Virus record (IMG/VR): IMGVR_UViG_3300046000_004279
Span: 46,889-110,888 of that record
Length of the DNA stretch: 64,000 nucleotides
Reading direction: 5' to 3' (one strand)
DNA from: a virus
In this document: positions 24,978-35,434 of the stretch, one piece after another
Position numbering within the stretch: the first letter of the stretch is position 1
Layout of the letters: each line of letters starts with the position of its first letter
Position numbers and translations under genes: made by a program
The notes under the pieces: model-generated
Told to the model about the DNA's origin: nothing
The model's input: the letters and a program-made list of their open reading frames with translations, nothing else
Database searches by the model: none

Positions 24978-26765
24978 TTATCCTCGTGAACCGTATCCGA
25001 GGACATACAGTCGCTGCAAATCGCGGCGTGGGTCGTGGGCGCTAGGTCTATCCCCTTGGCCAAGATTAATAGTAGTATCGCCGCCTTTGTGGATAGTAGT
25101 ATTACCATTGTTTGCAACTACACCGCCACTCAAAGCACTACGTTGTGAACTGGTGAGACTACTTTGTGCTTGTTGTAAATTCTGACCTGTCGTTTTTGGA
25201 ACTGTAGTAATTGGTGGTTCATATGAAACCCATTCGTCCCCCTTGCCTCTGCCAAGAGATTTCCAATATCCTTTCTGGCCATCCTCGCCTGGCGGTGGAT
25301 TCGCAAGCGCTGATCCTTGTGGCGCTTGGGGTGGTGGTGCGGGTTGGCGAGGCAATCCCAAGTCTACATCTAAACCAAAGTATTCTGCCAAACCGCCAAA
25401 TTTATTTTTAATCCAATCTACCAATGGTCCAATCGAGTTATTCCAAATCCATGCTCCTAAGTCGCCACCGTACCCTAAAGCGTCATTCCACGCGGTGGAA
25501 ATCCATGCTGACAAATCCGGAAATGTGTTCTCAAACCAAGTCCACAATGGTTTAACAGCAATGTTGTATATCCACTCGCCAATGGTTTTGTACACACCGC
25601 TGGTGAGTTTAATATATGCCCAAAACAAATCGCTTAGTGCCTTTCCAGGATCTGTGAACAATTCTTCAACCCACTTTACCGCACCTTGAACAAGACCATA
25701 TATCCCGCCAATCAGGTCGTTGATAATTGTTTCAAAACTCCAACTTTGTAGCCACGTTGCAGCTTCTTTAAATCCAAGTTTTTCCAATGCCCATGCAACA
25801 ATACTTTTTAACAAGTCAAGAGGTGCACCAACAAAGTCACCAATAAACGCACCAATTCCTGCAACGAACTTATCCAGGAAAGACCCTTCAGTATTCATAA
25901 AGGCCATTACACCATCATAAGCTGAAAACAAGAATCCAATTGGTTTTAAGATCCTAAGTGCAAATCTAGCAAACTTACCAATGTTGGCCGCACCTCCAGA
26001 AATACCCATAACACTGGATAAGAATCCGAGCATCTTTGCCCCTGATCCTGTCATCCAACCACTAATTCCTTGACCAATTGATATAAATGGATTAATAATA
26101 ACTGACATTAACTTGCCAGCTTTAGATACAATCCTACCAATCTTACCACCATCTAAACCAACACCAAAGGATCTAGTAACATTTAAACGCAACAGATCAA
26201 ATGCTTCTGATATCATTACTGCTGTTGATTTAAGTTCTTTACCTGTAAACCTACCAAGAGCATCTTTTGCCATTCTACCGGTTTGTGGATTAATACCAAA
26301 CCGTTGAAGAATTCCACGAGCTATGTTATCAAATCCGCTTGCAAACTTTAACTTAAAATTGTCGGCTAATTTACCAACGCTGGATACAAGACTAGATGCT
26401 AGCTTTCTAATTACAGGAACTTCCCAACCTCTTAGACCCGCAATCGCAAGCGGCAGGGCAGCCAATACTGGCAACAAGTAATCACCAATATTAAATCCAG
26501 CACTCGCAGATTGACCCGCTTGCTGGCCAGATTCAAAACTCTTTGCAAATTTAGACTTGTTACGCGCTTCACTGGCAGTTTCAAGAGAATCCGTATTTAA
26601 TCGTTCCGCTTTCTTTTGATCAAAGAACATAGTAAAGGATTTGTCAATCGAATCCGTCAGCTTTTTAACTGCTGATGTTGTTTCGTTAACATTTTTGCTA
26701 GTCAGATCAGAAGACTTCTGATTGTTCTTTAACTGACTAACAATATCTTGTAGCGTGGCCGCCAT
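24978..26765 (-). CDS. tape-measure/baseplate hub protein (gp29-like)
   Basis: 595 aa, periodic Trp/Gly/Ala helices; follows gp26/gp51. Confidence 0.7.
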   Translation of the reverse strand: MAATLQDIVSQLKNNQKSSDLTSKNVNETTSAVKKLTDSIDKSFTMFFDQKKAERLNTDSLETASEARNKSKFAKSFESGQQAGQSASAGFNIGDYLLPVLAALPLAIAGLRGWEVPVIRKLASSLVSSVGKLADNFKLKFASGFDNIARGILQRFGINPQTGRMAKDALGRFTGKELKSTAVMISEAFDLLRLNVTRSFGVGLDGGKIGRIVSKAGKLMSVIINPFISIGQGISGWMTGSGAKMLGFLSSVMGISGGAANIGKFARFALRILKPIGFLFSAYDGVMAFMNTEGSFLDKFVAGIGAFIGDFVGAPLDLLKSIVAWALEKLGFKEAATWLQSWSFETIINDLIGGIYGLVQGAVKWVEELFTDPGKALSDLFWAYIKLTSGVYKTIGEWIYNIAVKPLWTWFENTFPDLSAWISTAWNDALGYGGDLGAWIWNNSIGPLVDWIKNKFGGLAEYFGLDVDLGLPRQPAPPPQAPQGSALANPPPGEDGQKGYWKSLGRGKGDEWVSYEPPITTVPKTTGQNLQQAQSSLTSSQRSALSGGVVANNGNTTIHKGGDTTINLGQGDRPSAHDPRRDLQRLYVLGYGSRG

Positions 26766-26947
26766 TATTGTGATCCTTTATTATGTTCCTGTTGCTCTTT
26801 AATCCATTGCATCAGCAGAGTAACGTAAACTTCTTTTTCCCATGGTATCAATCCGTCTATCTCATCTAACGAAAAATTATGATCGCGCATTAATCTAAAG
26901 TTACTAGTATAATAATTAGATAGGTTTTCGTGAGATAGACTTATTAA
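26765..26947 (-). CDS. gp51: gp51-like baseplate hub chaperone segment (probably reached by -1 frameshift; first ATG at 26890)
   Basis: LSHENLSNYYTSNFRLMRDHNFSLDEIDGLIPWEKEVYV; not in ORF track. Confidence 0.8.
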   Translation of the reverse strand, partial: LISLSHENLSNYYTSNFRLMRDHNFSLDEIDGLIPWEKEVYVTLLMQWIKEQQEHNKGSQ

Positions 26948-27654
26948 AAAAAATTCTGCATACCTTCAATTGTGTAGGTATTGGCATGTCGGCATTTAAC
27001 GCAATTAAAATGAACTTCGTGGGTCATCTTGGGAATTGTGTCAACGAATGATCTAATCTTTTGTAGTTGATCACCTGTCATTGATTCAATAAATTCTTCA
27101 ATATCTTTATGACTAACATCTTTTAAATCAATCCGTTCTTCGGCAGTATGAATAGCTTTCATTACTGTCATAATCATCTCAAATGTCTGTTCTGTTTGAG
27201 ATGTTGAGTTGGTCAGTTTTTTATTAGAAGCCATTGCACCAAAATGTGGATACGACATCTCAAGTGTAATATCATCTGTTAATTTTATCATGAAATCTGT
27301 TTTTGGAACAGTGATCTCAATGGATTGTAGATCAACCGAAACTTTGTTAGTATGTTCACATTCTGAACAGTTAATACCAATATCGCTTGTCTCGCCAACA
27401 GACTTTGAACGAATCTTGACAAACATGTATTCAATATCAAATGTCGTTAAACTCTTTGGATCAATAGTGTCATCAACACATGCTACAATAGTATCTAACA
27501 CAGCGTTCAGTGCTTGACCAGTATCCTTTGTTTCCATAGCAAGCAAAAGAATCTTTTCCTCTTTTACAAGATATGGTCGGAACTTGACCGTTTTGTTTGT
27601 AGACGGAATAACCAAATCATATTTTGGAGTATTATTTAACTTAGGTAGTGCCAT
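26944..27654 (-). CDS. gp26: baseplate hub assembly protein gp26
   Basis: MALPKL..P.Y, FRPYLVKEEKILL, FDIEY.F.KIR.KSVGE, CxxC pairs. Confidence 0.92.
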   Translation of the reverse strand: MALPKLNNTPKYDLVIPSTNKTVKFRPYLVKEEKILLLAMETKDTGQALNAVLDTIVACVDDTIDPKSLTTFDIEYMFVKIRSKSVGETSDIGINCSECEHTNKVSVDLQSIEITVPKTDFMIKLTDDITLEMSYPHFGAMASNKKLTNSTSQTEQTFEMIMTVMKAIHTAEERIDLKDVSHKDIEEFIESMTGDQLQKIRSFVDTIPKMTHEVHFNCVKCRHANTYTIEGMQNFF

Positions 27655-27674
27655 TCATTTCATCCTTATTCATT

Positions 27675-28238
27675 TCAAGCCATTTTCCATTTACGATAAG
27701 AAAGCTGCACAAGCAGTTCTACTGTCGCATTTTCAGAGGCATCAGATAATTCAATTGCGGTTACAGTTGTGGGGAACGCTTCATAAAGTTCACAACTATA
27801 CATGATTTTGTCTTTAGATATCAAATCAATATCAAATATTCTATCACTGTATATTGGTAGACCTATACCGCGTTTTAATTGATGGATCTTTACGGTTTTT
27901 GCGTATTCGTTAAGATATCCAATTTCATGAGTGTTTGGATCAATTGCAAGAGCCTGCCATGACTCAAAATATGTACGGATCTTATAATCGTTCATTACAT
28001 GAAAAGACAGACTAACATCGTCACTAATAGAACTGTAAGCTACCTTTTGATCAATTGCTCCAATGACTCTGTTGTTGGTCATTACTTGCCGACCAGGGAC
28101 ATTAACAGCTTTACACAACAGATCAAGATCACGAGTTGATATTCCGTTGATTGATGGCAATTCAACTCTGAAGTAGTTGGCCATTGCTATGCCACCACTA
28201 TTTGATATCAAACCTTTTAACTCTTCAATACTGGCCAT
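27675..28238 (-). CDS. tail-tube-like baseplate initiator (gp54-like)
   Basis: C..VN.PG, F..WQ, Y...V.I.QL, L.EAFP..V..IELS. Confidence 0.75.
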   Translation of the reverse strand: MASIEELKGLISNSGGIAMANYFRVELPSINGISTRDLDLLCKAVNVPGRQVMTNNRVIGAIDQKVAYSSISDDVSLSFHVMNDYKIRTYFESWQALAIDPNTHEIGYLNEYAKTVKIHQLKRGIGLPIYSDRIFDIDLISKDKIMYSCELYEAFPTTVTAIELSDASENATVELLVQLSYRKWKMA

Positions 28239-28834
28239 TAGATCATGTTCCTCGAATCGGCATAAACTTTATTTATGCTGTATTTCTTACCTTGAGAGTT
28301 GAAATCAGCGGTTGGAAGAAACACAGCAATTTCCCACTCAGGTGCTGGAACCATAGCAAATCGACTTCTGACGTGATCAGTCAAGTAGTGTTTGATACAT
28401 GGTTTAAAGTACTTCATCTTTGCGGCCCGTTGCAAAGCGTTGTACGTCAATTTAAACTTTGTCGTATCATCGTAACGATTATTGTTCGTAACTTCCAAAA
28501 GAGCGTCAAGAAACTTAGCTCTTAAAACTGGCGGTAGGTAGTGTAGGTTCAACCCTAAGAAACCACCTTCAGCGGGTTTCAGTACGATAACAAGTGGGAA
28601 AGAGTCATAGTATGGTAATGTCTCTTTGTGTTTTGGATCATAGAAGAACATAAACATTGAACCAACCACTTGGCGGTTCTTAATCTGTATAGGTTCTTCT
28701 TTCATCAACTTAGCACGGTTGATTTGCTTTATAGTTGACATTTTATTACGGAACCATTCGCGCGACTGTGAAGTGCGCGGCGTGATTCCAGCTCTAAAAG
28801 CTTCATATTCTAAGGTTTGAAATAAATTACTCAT
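28238..28834 (-). CDS. gp2: DNA end protector gp2
   Basis: YDPKHKETLPYYDSFPL, GLNLHYL, KPCIKHYL. Confidence 0.93.
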   Translation of the reverse strand: MSNLFQTLEYEAFRAGITPRTSQSREWFRNKMSTIKQINRAKLMKEEPIQIKNRQVVGSMFMFFYDPKHKETLPYYDSFPLVIVLKPAEGGFLGLNLHYLPPVLRAKFLDALLEVTNNNRYDDTTKFKLTYNALQRAAKMKYFKPCIKHYLTDHVRSRFAMVPAPEWEIAVFLPTADFNSQGKKYSINKVYADSRNMI

Positions 28835-28839
28835 GTGCT

Positions 28840-28847
28840 TATTTATG
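28840..28847 (-). promoter_or_regulatory. late promoter variant
   Basis: CATAAATA 5 nt upstream of the gp2 ATG. Confidence 0.6.
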
Positions 28848-28864
28848 TTGATATTTGTGTTATA

Positions 28865-29344
28865 TTACTTTTTAGGATAAGGTTTCATCGGTTTTAACGG
28901 TTTTAAAGGTTTGGGCATAATTCCCATTTGTTGTAAAGTGTGTTCTGTCCAAATTTGAAAATGCCATCCATGGTCTTTGGCGTATTCAGAAGCGGCTTTC
29001 CATTTGCATTGGTTCTTAACATAAGTCACAGCTTCGGTAATGTATCTTTTGGTTTTGCGTTGACTAGTTGGAACTTTGGTCTCTTTGTCGGGTTTTATCT
29101 CTATCAGAAAAGTAACACCCTCATTAGTGACATATTTTAGATCAACAAAGTATCTATGGTAACTTTTGTCAACGTCAAAAAAATATGGAATAACAACTTC
29201 TTCGCTTGACCATTCTTTTATTTGGGGGTTGTTGTCAAGCCATCTAAAACAATGACGTTCCCACATTGAACGGTATATTACGTTTGAATCGTCACCTTTA
29301 TACTTGTGAGGATTGATAACCTTGTATCTTCCCTTATATGTCAT
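28865..29344 (-). CDS. gp4: head completion nuclease gp4
   Basis: YKG....IYRS.WE, WSSEE..IPY, HRYFVD, IEIKP, KWKAA. Confidence 0.93.
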   Translation of the reverse strand: MTYKGRYKVINPHKYKGDDSNVIYRSMWERHCFRWLDNNPQIKEWSSEEVVIPYFFDVDKSYHRYFVDLKYVTNEGVTFLIEIKPDKETKVPTSQRKTKRYITEAVTYVKNQCKWKAASEYAKDHGWHFQIWTEHTLQQMGIMPKPLKPLKPMKPYPKK

Positions 29345-29354
29345 CAAAAAGCCT

Positions 29355-29362
29355 TATAAATA
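29355..29362 (+). promoter_or_regulatory. T4-type late promoter
   Basis: TATAAATA at the divergent junction. Confidence 0.8.
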
Positions 29363-29365
29363 TTT

Positions 29366-30334
29366 GTGGATGCAACTGTATTTATTAGGCAAACAATGGC
29401 TGGTTATTACCAATATCCCATAGAACATCAAGATGAGTTCTTAGGAACAATATCGTTTGAGGCGATGGTTGAGCCTCCAATTGAGGTAACTTTGTTTGGT
29501 GCTGGTGCTAGCACAAACATTCAAACTTTTGCCGACCGCGGCGCCGTTGCCGCAATTGACTACGATGTTCAACAACAATTGTTTGGTATACCAAGAACAC
29601 CCATAAGCCCCGGGATAAATGGTGTAACAAGTGATGGTAAGGTCACATTATTTTTACCAAGAGCTTTACAAATCCAAGATGGTGTAAGTTATGACAACAA
29701 TGTTAACTTAGGTGCCATTGGTGCCATCGGCGCAGGTCTAGTTGCTAATGGCGCAAGTATTGCTAGTGCATCACAAGCTGCAATTTCTGGAAGTATTCAA
29801 TCATTTATTGATGGTATGACCAATGGTGGTGGAGGAGGAGATCTTGCTCGTTTAGCTGCTGTTCGTGTTGGTGATAACGTTAATTCTGCTAGCCCAGAAT
29901 TTAATAATGCTGTAAAATCAATTGCGCAAGTTGTGCCAAATCCAAACACGAGAACCTTGTTTAGAGGCGTTGCAATGCGCGCCTTTATGTTTGATTTTTC
30001 GTTAATTGCTAACAGTGTTAGAGAAGCGCAAGAGATCAAGAATATTATCAGATTTTTCCGTACTCAACTATATCCAGAAGATATTGGTGGAACAGCTTCA
30101 ACTCAAGGTGTTCTAGGTTTAAAGTTTCCAAACAAGTTTGAAATTAAAGTTAAGTATCGTGATAAGGATCTTGGAATTCGTTTTCTACCTTGTTATTTAA
30201 CATCCTTTTCTGCGACTTACAATGAACAAGGCGGTGCAATGCATAAGGATGGTGGTTGGAACATTGTTCAAATTCAACTATCATTTAGCGAAACTCGTAC
30301 ACTTGTCAAACAAGATATTGAACAGGGATATTAA
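29366..30334 (+). CDS. gp48: baseplate tail-tube cap gp48 (start may be 29396)
   Basis: NPN...LF.G...R.F.F.F......EA..I..II.FF; L.FSE. Confidence 0.85.
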   Translation: MDATVFIRQTMAGYYQYPIEHQDEFLGTISFEAMVEPPIEVTLFGAGASTNIQTFADRGAVAAIDYDVQQQLFGIPRTPISPGINGVTSDGKVTLFLPRALQIQDGVSYDNNVNLGAIGAIGAGLVANGASIASASQAAISGSIQSFIDGMTNGGGGGDLARLAAVRVGDNVNSASPEFNNAVKSIAQVVPNPNTRTLFRGVAMRAFMFDFSLIANSVREAQEIKNIIRFFRTQLYPEDIGGTASTQGVLGLKFPNKFEIKVKYRDKDLGIRFLPCYLTSFSATYNEQGGAMHKDGGWNIVQIQLSFSETRTLVKQDIEQGY

Positions 30335-31056
30335 TGTCAAAATACTTTGCTCCTTTTCCGCTATTACAATACAGTTTTGGTACAGGTGAAGATCCTGTTT
30401 TATTTCAAAACATTTCAACGTATATTGATTTAGTCGATCAAATCAAAGATGATATATCTTATTATCAAACAATGCAAATAGAAGAATATGAACGACCAGA
30501 TACTCTATCTTATAAGTTGTATGGTACAACAGATTACTATTGGACATTCTATCTACTGAACGATGATATTCGTGAAGGTGGATGGCCACTGTCTGGTGCG
30601 GACCTACAAGCTAAGGCGTTGATTGACTACCCAAACAGAGTAATCACAACTACAGGCGATATATCCTCAACATTCCTTCCTAACGAAACCATAATTGGTC
30701 TTACTTCAACATCAACAGGTAAGATTTTAAAGAGATATCTTGATCTTGGTCAGATAGTGGTTAACTCTCCTAACAACTTTGGCGTTAATGAGTTGATTAG
30801 AACATCCACTGATGAAATTACAACTGTCAATGTGTACAGAGAAACTGCTCAATATAACAGTGTTCATCACTATGAGGATACGAATGGTAATTGGGTTGAT
30901 ATTAACCCATTCACTCAGAACGTATCAGGGTTAATTCCTGTGACATATTTAGATAGAATGATTGAACGTAATGAACAATTGAAAACTATTAAAGTGTTAA
31001 ACAAAAGAGTTGCTCCTCAGATATCATCTGGATTTAAGAAAGCGTTATTGAGTTAA
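30334..31056 (+). CDS. gp53: baseplate wedge gp53
   Basis: YF..FP...Y, ERPDTLSYKLYG..DYYW, WPL, HHYED. Confidence 0.9.
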   Translation: MSKYFAPFPLLQYSFGTGEDPVLFQNISTYIDLVDQIKDDISYYQTMQIEEYERPDTLSYKLYGTTDYYWTFYLLNDDIREGGWPLSGADLQAKALIDYPNRVITTTGDISSTFLPNETIIGLTSTSTGKILKRYLDLGQIVVNSPNNFGVNELIRTSTDEITTVNVYRETAQYNSVHHYEDTNGNWVDINPFTQNVSGLIPVTYLDRMIERNEQLKTIKVLNKRVAPQISSGFKKALLS

Positions 31057-31057
31057 T

Positions 31058-32422
31058 ATGCAATCAGCAAAGCATTACGTTATAGAACAAGCTCTAATCA
31101 CTGCAGATCGCACTGCGGGATTTACATTAGACATATCTGCTGCGATTGTAGAACTCAACATATTTGAGAATTTAGAACTTCCATATTTAACTGGAATTGT
31201 TCTAATAAATGATGAGTTTGATTTATTAAACAGAGTCGGTTTTGTCGGCACAGAGCGTTTAGAAATTAAAATTGCTCAACCAAATAATCCAAATACAATA
31301 ACCAAAAAGTTTGTTGTTGAACGAATTGAACGGTCGGAAAAAGTAAACGACCAAAAAGAAATGTTGATGATTCGTATTATTGAAGAGCATGCTTATAACA
31401 GCGATCTCATTAGATTCAGTAAAGCATATACTGGTAAACCTGAAAAAATTATTGAAAAAATTCTATTAGATCAATTACAGTTGAAATTGAATAACAAGTT
31501 TGCAGAATCTAGTCAACCTAACATGAAGGTCGTTGTACCATACATGACTCCGTTACAGTCGTGTGAGTGGGTGAGATCCCGCGTTTCTACCATTAATGGA
31601 TCTCCTTACTTTCTATACTCGGCTCTAAATGAAAAAGATTTGGTGTTGAGTGATTTGGATACCATATTGTCAACAGGTACTTGGAATGGTAGTATTGATC
31701 GTCCATTCTCATATTCACAAAAAAACGCAAGTTTTGTAGATGAGTCAAATATTGAAAGACAAGCATTCACTATAGAGTCATACACGTATGGTAATACCGA
31801 AGATACTCTTGCATTGGCTCGACAAGGTATCTTTGGCGCTCAATACTATTTTACTGATTTGTCTTCTGGGATAACTGAACAACAACATTTTGATATAAAA
31901 AATGTTGTAGCTAAGATGGAAAGCACTGGCGTATTATCCGGTGGTAAAACTCTTGCAATTGATCCTGACTATGTAGTTAATGGCAAACAGATTAATTTAA
32001 TTAATTCGGCTCACGTTCATCAAATTGTTAGCAATGGATCTTACCCAGACTATTTTAATTACTATGAAGAAGGTGCCGGCGCAATTGCTAAGTATATGTT
32101 AAATGCTTCTAACGTTGCGCTGAGATATTTGTTGTTTAAAAATGCACTACAATTCAAAGTCCCAGGTTTTAACTTCTTAACTGGAACAAATAGATCTATT
32201 GGTAAGATGGTGGAGATTAATATTTTCAACAGTGACATGACATTGCAAAATCAAGCAAGTGTTGCAATAGAAGACTTAAAAGATAAGAAGAAATCTGGCG
32301 ACTATCTAATATATGCTGTACGGCATGTGTTTTCACTTGGTAAACACGACATTATGGTTGATGCAGTAAAGTTAACATCTGATCGCGGCGCCGATGGCGG
32401 CAGATATCAGAGAGGTGTATAA
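31058..32422 (+). CDS. baseplate hub protein (gp27-like)
   Basis: Lies between gp53 and gp5; IFENL..PYLTG, SGDYLIYAVRHVF. Confidence 0.7.
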   Translation: MQSAKHYVIEQALITADRTAGFTLDISAAIVELNIFENLELPYLTGIVLINDEFDLLNRVGFVGTERLEIKIAQPNNPNTITKKFVVERIERSEKVNDQKEMLMIRIIEEHAYNSDLIRFSKAYTGKPEKIIEKILLDQLQLKLNNKFAESSQPNMKVVVPYMTPLQSCEWVRSRVSTINGSPYFLYSALNEKDLVLSDLDTILSTGTWNGSIDRPFSYSQKNASFVDESNIERQAFTIESYTYGNTEDTLALARQGIFGAQYYFTDLSSGITEQQHFDIKNVVAKMESTGVLSGGKTLAIDPDYVVNGKQINLINSAHVHQIVSNGSYPDYFNYYEEGAGAIAKYMLNASNVALRYLLFKNALQFKVPGFNFLTGTNRSIGKMVEINIFNSDMTLQNQASVAIEDLKDKKKSGDYLIYAVRHVFSLGKHDIMVDAVKLTSDRGADGGRYQRGV

Positions 32423-33384
32423 TGTTTGGTATGTTTAATTCACAATACTACGGTGATGTTACACGGTGGTTCATTGGTATCGTTGAACAAGTTGGTGGTG
32501 ATGTTCCACAGCTTGGTCGTGTAAGGGTTCGTATTCACGGTATTCACGGGCCTAGAGACGAACTACCATTAGCAGATCTTCCGTATGCAAGCGTGATGCT
32601 TCCAGCAACCGAAGGTGGAGTGTCGGGGATTGGAAGATCAACTGGGCTTGTTCAAGGTGCAACAGTGTTTGGAATCTTCATGGACGGAACCAACTCACAG
32701 TTACCTTTGGTACTTGGATCAATTCCAAAAATGGAAACACCATCTGCTGCTCAGTTAGCGGGAATGCGAACTGGAATACCGTATCAATCATCTGGTGTAC
32801 CATATGGTAATACCAACCCAACAATGAATGATTCACTAGTCGGTATTCCGCCTGGTGTTACATACAATCCAAACTCTGATCAAAAGCAGAATATCCAAAC
32901 AGCTTGGGATTATTTTATGTCCACTGGCAACTATAGCAAAGATCAAGTCGCTGCGATGATTGGTAACTTCTTGCACGAAAGTGGTATGAACCCAGGAATT
33001 AGATCTGGCATTGCGGTTGCATCTGGCGGCACAGAAAACTCGATTGGTATTGCTCAATGGTACTACTATGGTGCAACAGGTGGCCGCCAAACTGACCTGA
33101 GAAACTTTGCTGCACAAAAAGGTAAAAATTGGGATGACTTATACGTTCAGTTGGCATTTGTCGACCACGAACTTGCGACTTTTTCGGACTTGGGTGGAGC
33201 TAAGTTTAAGAGAACAACAAATGTTGTAGATGCTACACTTGCGTTTATGCGTGACTATGAAAACCCTGCTAAAACTGGTGAATACGGACCAGATGGGGAA
33301 GAGATGAGATTAGGTCAAAATGAACGTATTTCAAATGCACAAGGTATTTATCAAAACTTTGCTAGCAGCGGCATGGGGGTATGA
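32422..33384 (+). CDS. gp5: gp5 N-terminal OB-fold fused to phage tail lysozyme
   Basis: WFIGIVE..LGRVRVRIHG.H..LP.A; AAMIGNF..ESG.NP..GIAQW..YENP. Confidence 0.88.
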   Translation: MFGMFNSQYYGDVTRWFIGIVEQVGGDVPQLGRVRVRIHGIHGPRDELPLADLPYASVMLPATEGGVSGIGRSTGLVQGATVFGIFMDGTNSQLPLVLGSIPKMETPSAAQLAGMRTGIPYQSSGVPYGNTNPTMNDSLVGIPPGVTYNPNSDQKQNIQTAWDYFMSTGNYSKDQVAAMIGNFLHESGMNPGIRSGIAVASGGTENSIGIAQWYYYGATGGRQTDLRNFAAQKGKNWDDLYVQLAFVDHELATFSDLGGAKFKRTTNVVDATLAFMRDYENPAKTGEYGPDGEEMRLGQNERISNAQGIYQNFASSGMGV

Positions 33385-33387
33385 TAA

Positions 33388-35412
33388 ATGGCAGTTAATG
33401 TAAGTGAACTTAATTCCCAATTAAAAAACGTAAACAATCAAATTAGTTTTGATGAGATAAATTCAGCAGCTACTACATTAACTGATCAATTTAAAGCTGC
33501 GTCACACACTCAACTTGGTTTTGGCGTTGGTGAAATCAAAGGTGGCATCGAGTCTTTAGTTCAAACTGTTGATTATCCCTTAGGCGCAACATCATCGCCA
33601 CTTCCAGCTGTATCGCGTGTGACAGCCAACGTTGCGGATGTGAAGAGTGATCTTGTCCAAACGATTAGTGGAACAGATGCATCAAAGTTGGGGTCTATTG
33701 TAGAATCTACCGCCGCCTCTGGCATACTTGATGAAATTATTACTGCGGGCACTGCAGAGGCAATTGCCACAGCTTTCAAACAAGTGTTAGGTAAGACATC
33801 ATCAGAACTTGAAAATACTTTATCATCAATTGCGCCTTCTGACCTGTCTGTGAAAATCAGCACATCAGTTGATGATGTATTAAGTGGTGCTTTTAAGAAT
33901 CCATTTGCCTCAGGGGTTGGTAATATTGCCACTGCTCTTACGGCCGCTGTTGGTGGTTTAAATAGTACTAACTTAATAAAAAACGTTGTTGAGAATTTTA
34001 CAGGTCAGATTAAAAATACAGTATTATCATCAATTAATATTCCTGACAGTGTTATATCTCAATTAGCAGTTGTTGCAATTATGGATGGTAATGTTGGTCT
34101 TGCTGTTGATAAGTCAATTCCGTTTTTAACAATTCCAAAAGATTTGACAGATCTGTCTCTAAGAGTTGGTATTAATATTGATAAGTCTAGTGTGAATAAT
34201 TTAGTTAAATCGCTAGATCTTCTTGAACAGGCTGGTGGTAGTTCTTCATCGATCCAAATTGTTATTAACAATATCAGTAGCATTCAATCATCTTTCCAAG
34301 GAGCTGCTGGCGGAATTAGCAACACGATTCAATCAGGTAATCCAGCTTTAGGTGGACCGTCACCAGATCGTATGACCACAATCGGTGGTACTTCTAGCGG
34401 TGGGTCAGGTGCATATGATACTGACTTCTCGTATATTGAATCATTAGAAGAAATGACTGCAGATCTTCGTGCAGTTACTCGCCCCGTTTCAACAACCGTT
34501 GTGCATTGGACGTCCCATTACATTGATGACAACCATATTGATGCACAAGCTATTAAACAAATTCATATATCTAAAGGGTTAACAACAATAGGATATCACT
34601 ACATTATTAAACGCGATGGATCAATTCAAAGAGGCCGTAATCCAAATCAAGTGGGTGCTCATGCTAAAAGCAGTCATAACCCATACAGTATTGGTATTGG
34701 ATTTGTAGGTGGTTATAATTGCCCTAATGGTACAAGTAATCCAGAAAGATGTGCCAGTGCAGATTCTATTAACTCGGCGCAATGGGCAGCTTTTGATATG
34801 TACTTAAAAGCATTCTATACAGTTTATTCGGGCGGGGAAGTTTGGGGACATCAAGATACAGATCCATGGAACAAGATTGACCCCATGACTAACATGACGT
34901 CATATGTTAAGAATAAGTTTGGCAAGACCAATGTCAGCCCACAACCATCAAGAACATATTCTCTTGAAGAATTGTCCGAAAAACTTTTTGGTCCAGTTCG
35001 TACTGATCCTCTTGATGAAGGCAACTATACTGGAGAGAATGGTCGCTTAGATCCAAACACTTTAACTGTAGTTGCCCCAGGTCACAGATTACGCGCGGAT
35101 GCGGCTAGCGCGTATCTACAAATGGTTTCTAGCGCACGGGCCTCTGGAATTCAATGGTCAATTACAGATTCTTATCGTACATATGAGGTCCAAGTAAGAC
35201 TTGCACAAGAAAAGGGTCTCTATGGCGAAGGTGGGTTAGCCGCTAGACCTGGAACTTCTAGGCATGGTTGGGGGCTTGCTGTTGACTTGGGCCCACGCGG
35301 CGGCGCCGACACCAGTGGAACTCCTGAAAACAATTGGCTTGTTGCCAATGCTAACTCATTTGGATTCCAAACAATTCCTGGTGAACCATGGCACTGGCAA
35401 TATGTTGTATGA
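33388..35412 (+). CDS. virion peptidoglycan hydrolase: Amidase_2 plus M15 (VanY-like) peptidase
   Basis: VVHWT..IGYHYII.RDG..GR...GAHA..SIGIGFVGG..GHQD; SYRTY..Q..PGTSRHGWGLAVD..EPWHW. Confidence 0.88.
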   Translation: MAVNVSELNSQLKNVNNQISFDEINSAATTLTDQFKAASHTQLGFGVGEIKGGIESLVQTVDYPLGATSSPLPAVSRVTANVADVKSDLVQTISGTDASKLGSIVESTAASGILDEIITAGTAEAIATAFKQVLGKTSSELENTLSSIAPSDLSVKISTSVDDVLSGAFKNPFASGVGNIATALTAAVGGLNSTNLIKNVVENFTGQIKNTVLSSINIPDSVISQLAVVAIMDGNVGLAVDKSIPFLTIPKDLTDLSLRVGINIDKSSVNNLVKSLDLLEQAGGSSSSIQIVINNISSIQSSFQGAAGGISNTIQSGNPALGGPSPDRMTTIGGTSSGGSGAYDTDFSYIESLEEMTADLRAVTRPVSTTVVHWTSHYIDDNHIDAQAIKQIHISKGLTTIGYHYIIKRDGSIQRGRNPNQVGAHAKSSHNPYSIGIGFVGGYNCPNGTSNPERCASADSINSAQWAAFDMYLKAFYTVYSGGEVWGHQDTDPWNKIDPMTNMTSYVKNKFGKTNVSPQPSRTYSLEELSEKLFGPVRTDPLDEGNYTGENGRLDPNTLTVVAPGHRLRADAASAYLQMVSSARASGIQWSITDSYRTYEVQVRLAQEKGLYGEGGLAARPGTSRHGWGLAVDLGPRGGADTSGTPENNWLVANANSFGFQTIPGEPWHWQYVV

Positions 35413-35434
35413 TTTTTTATAAGGGTAACGTATT

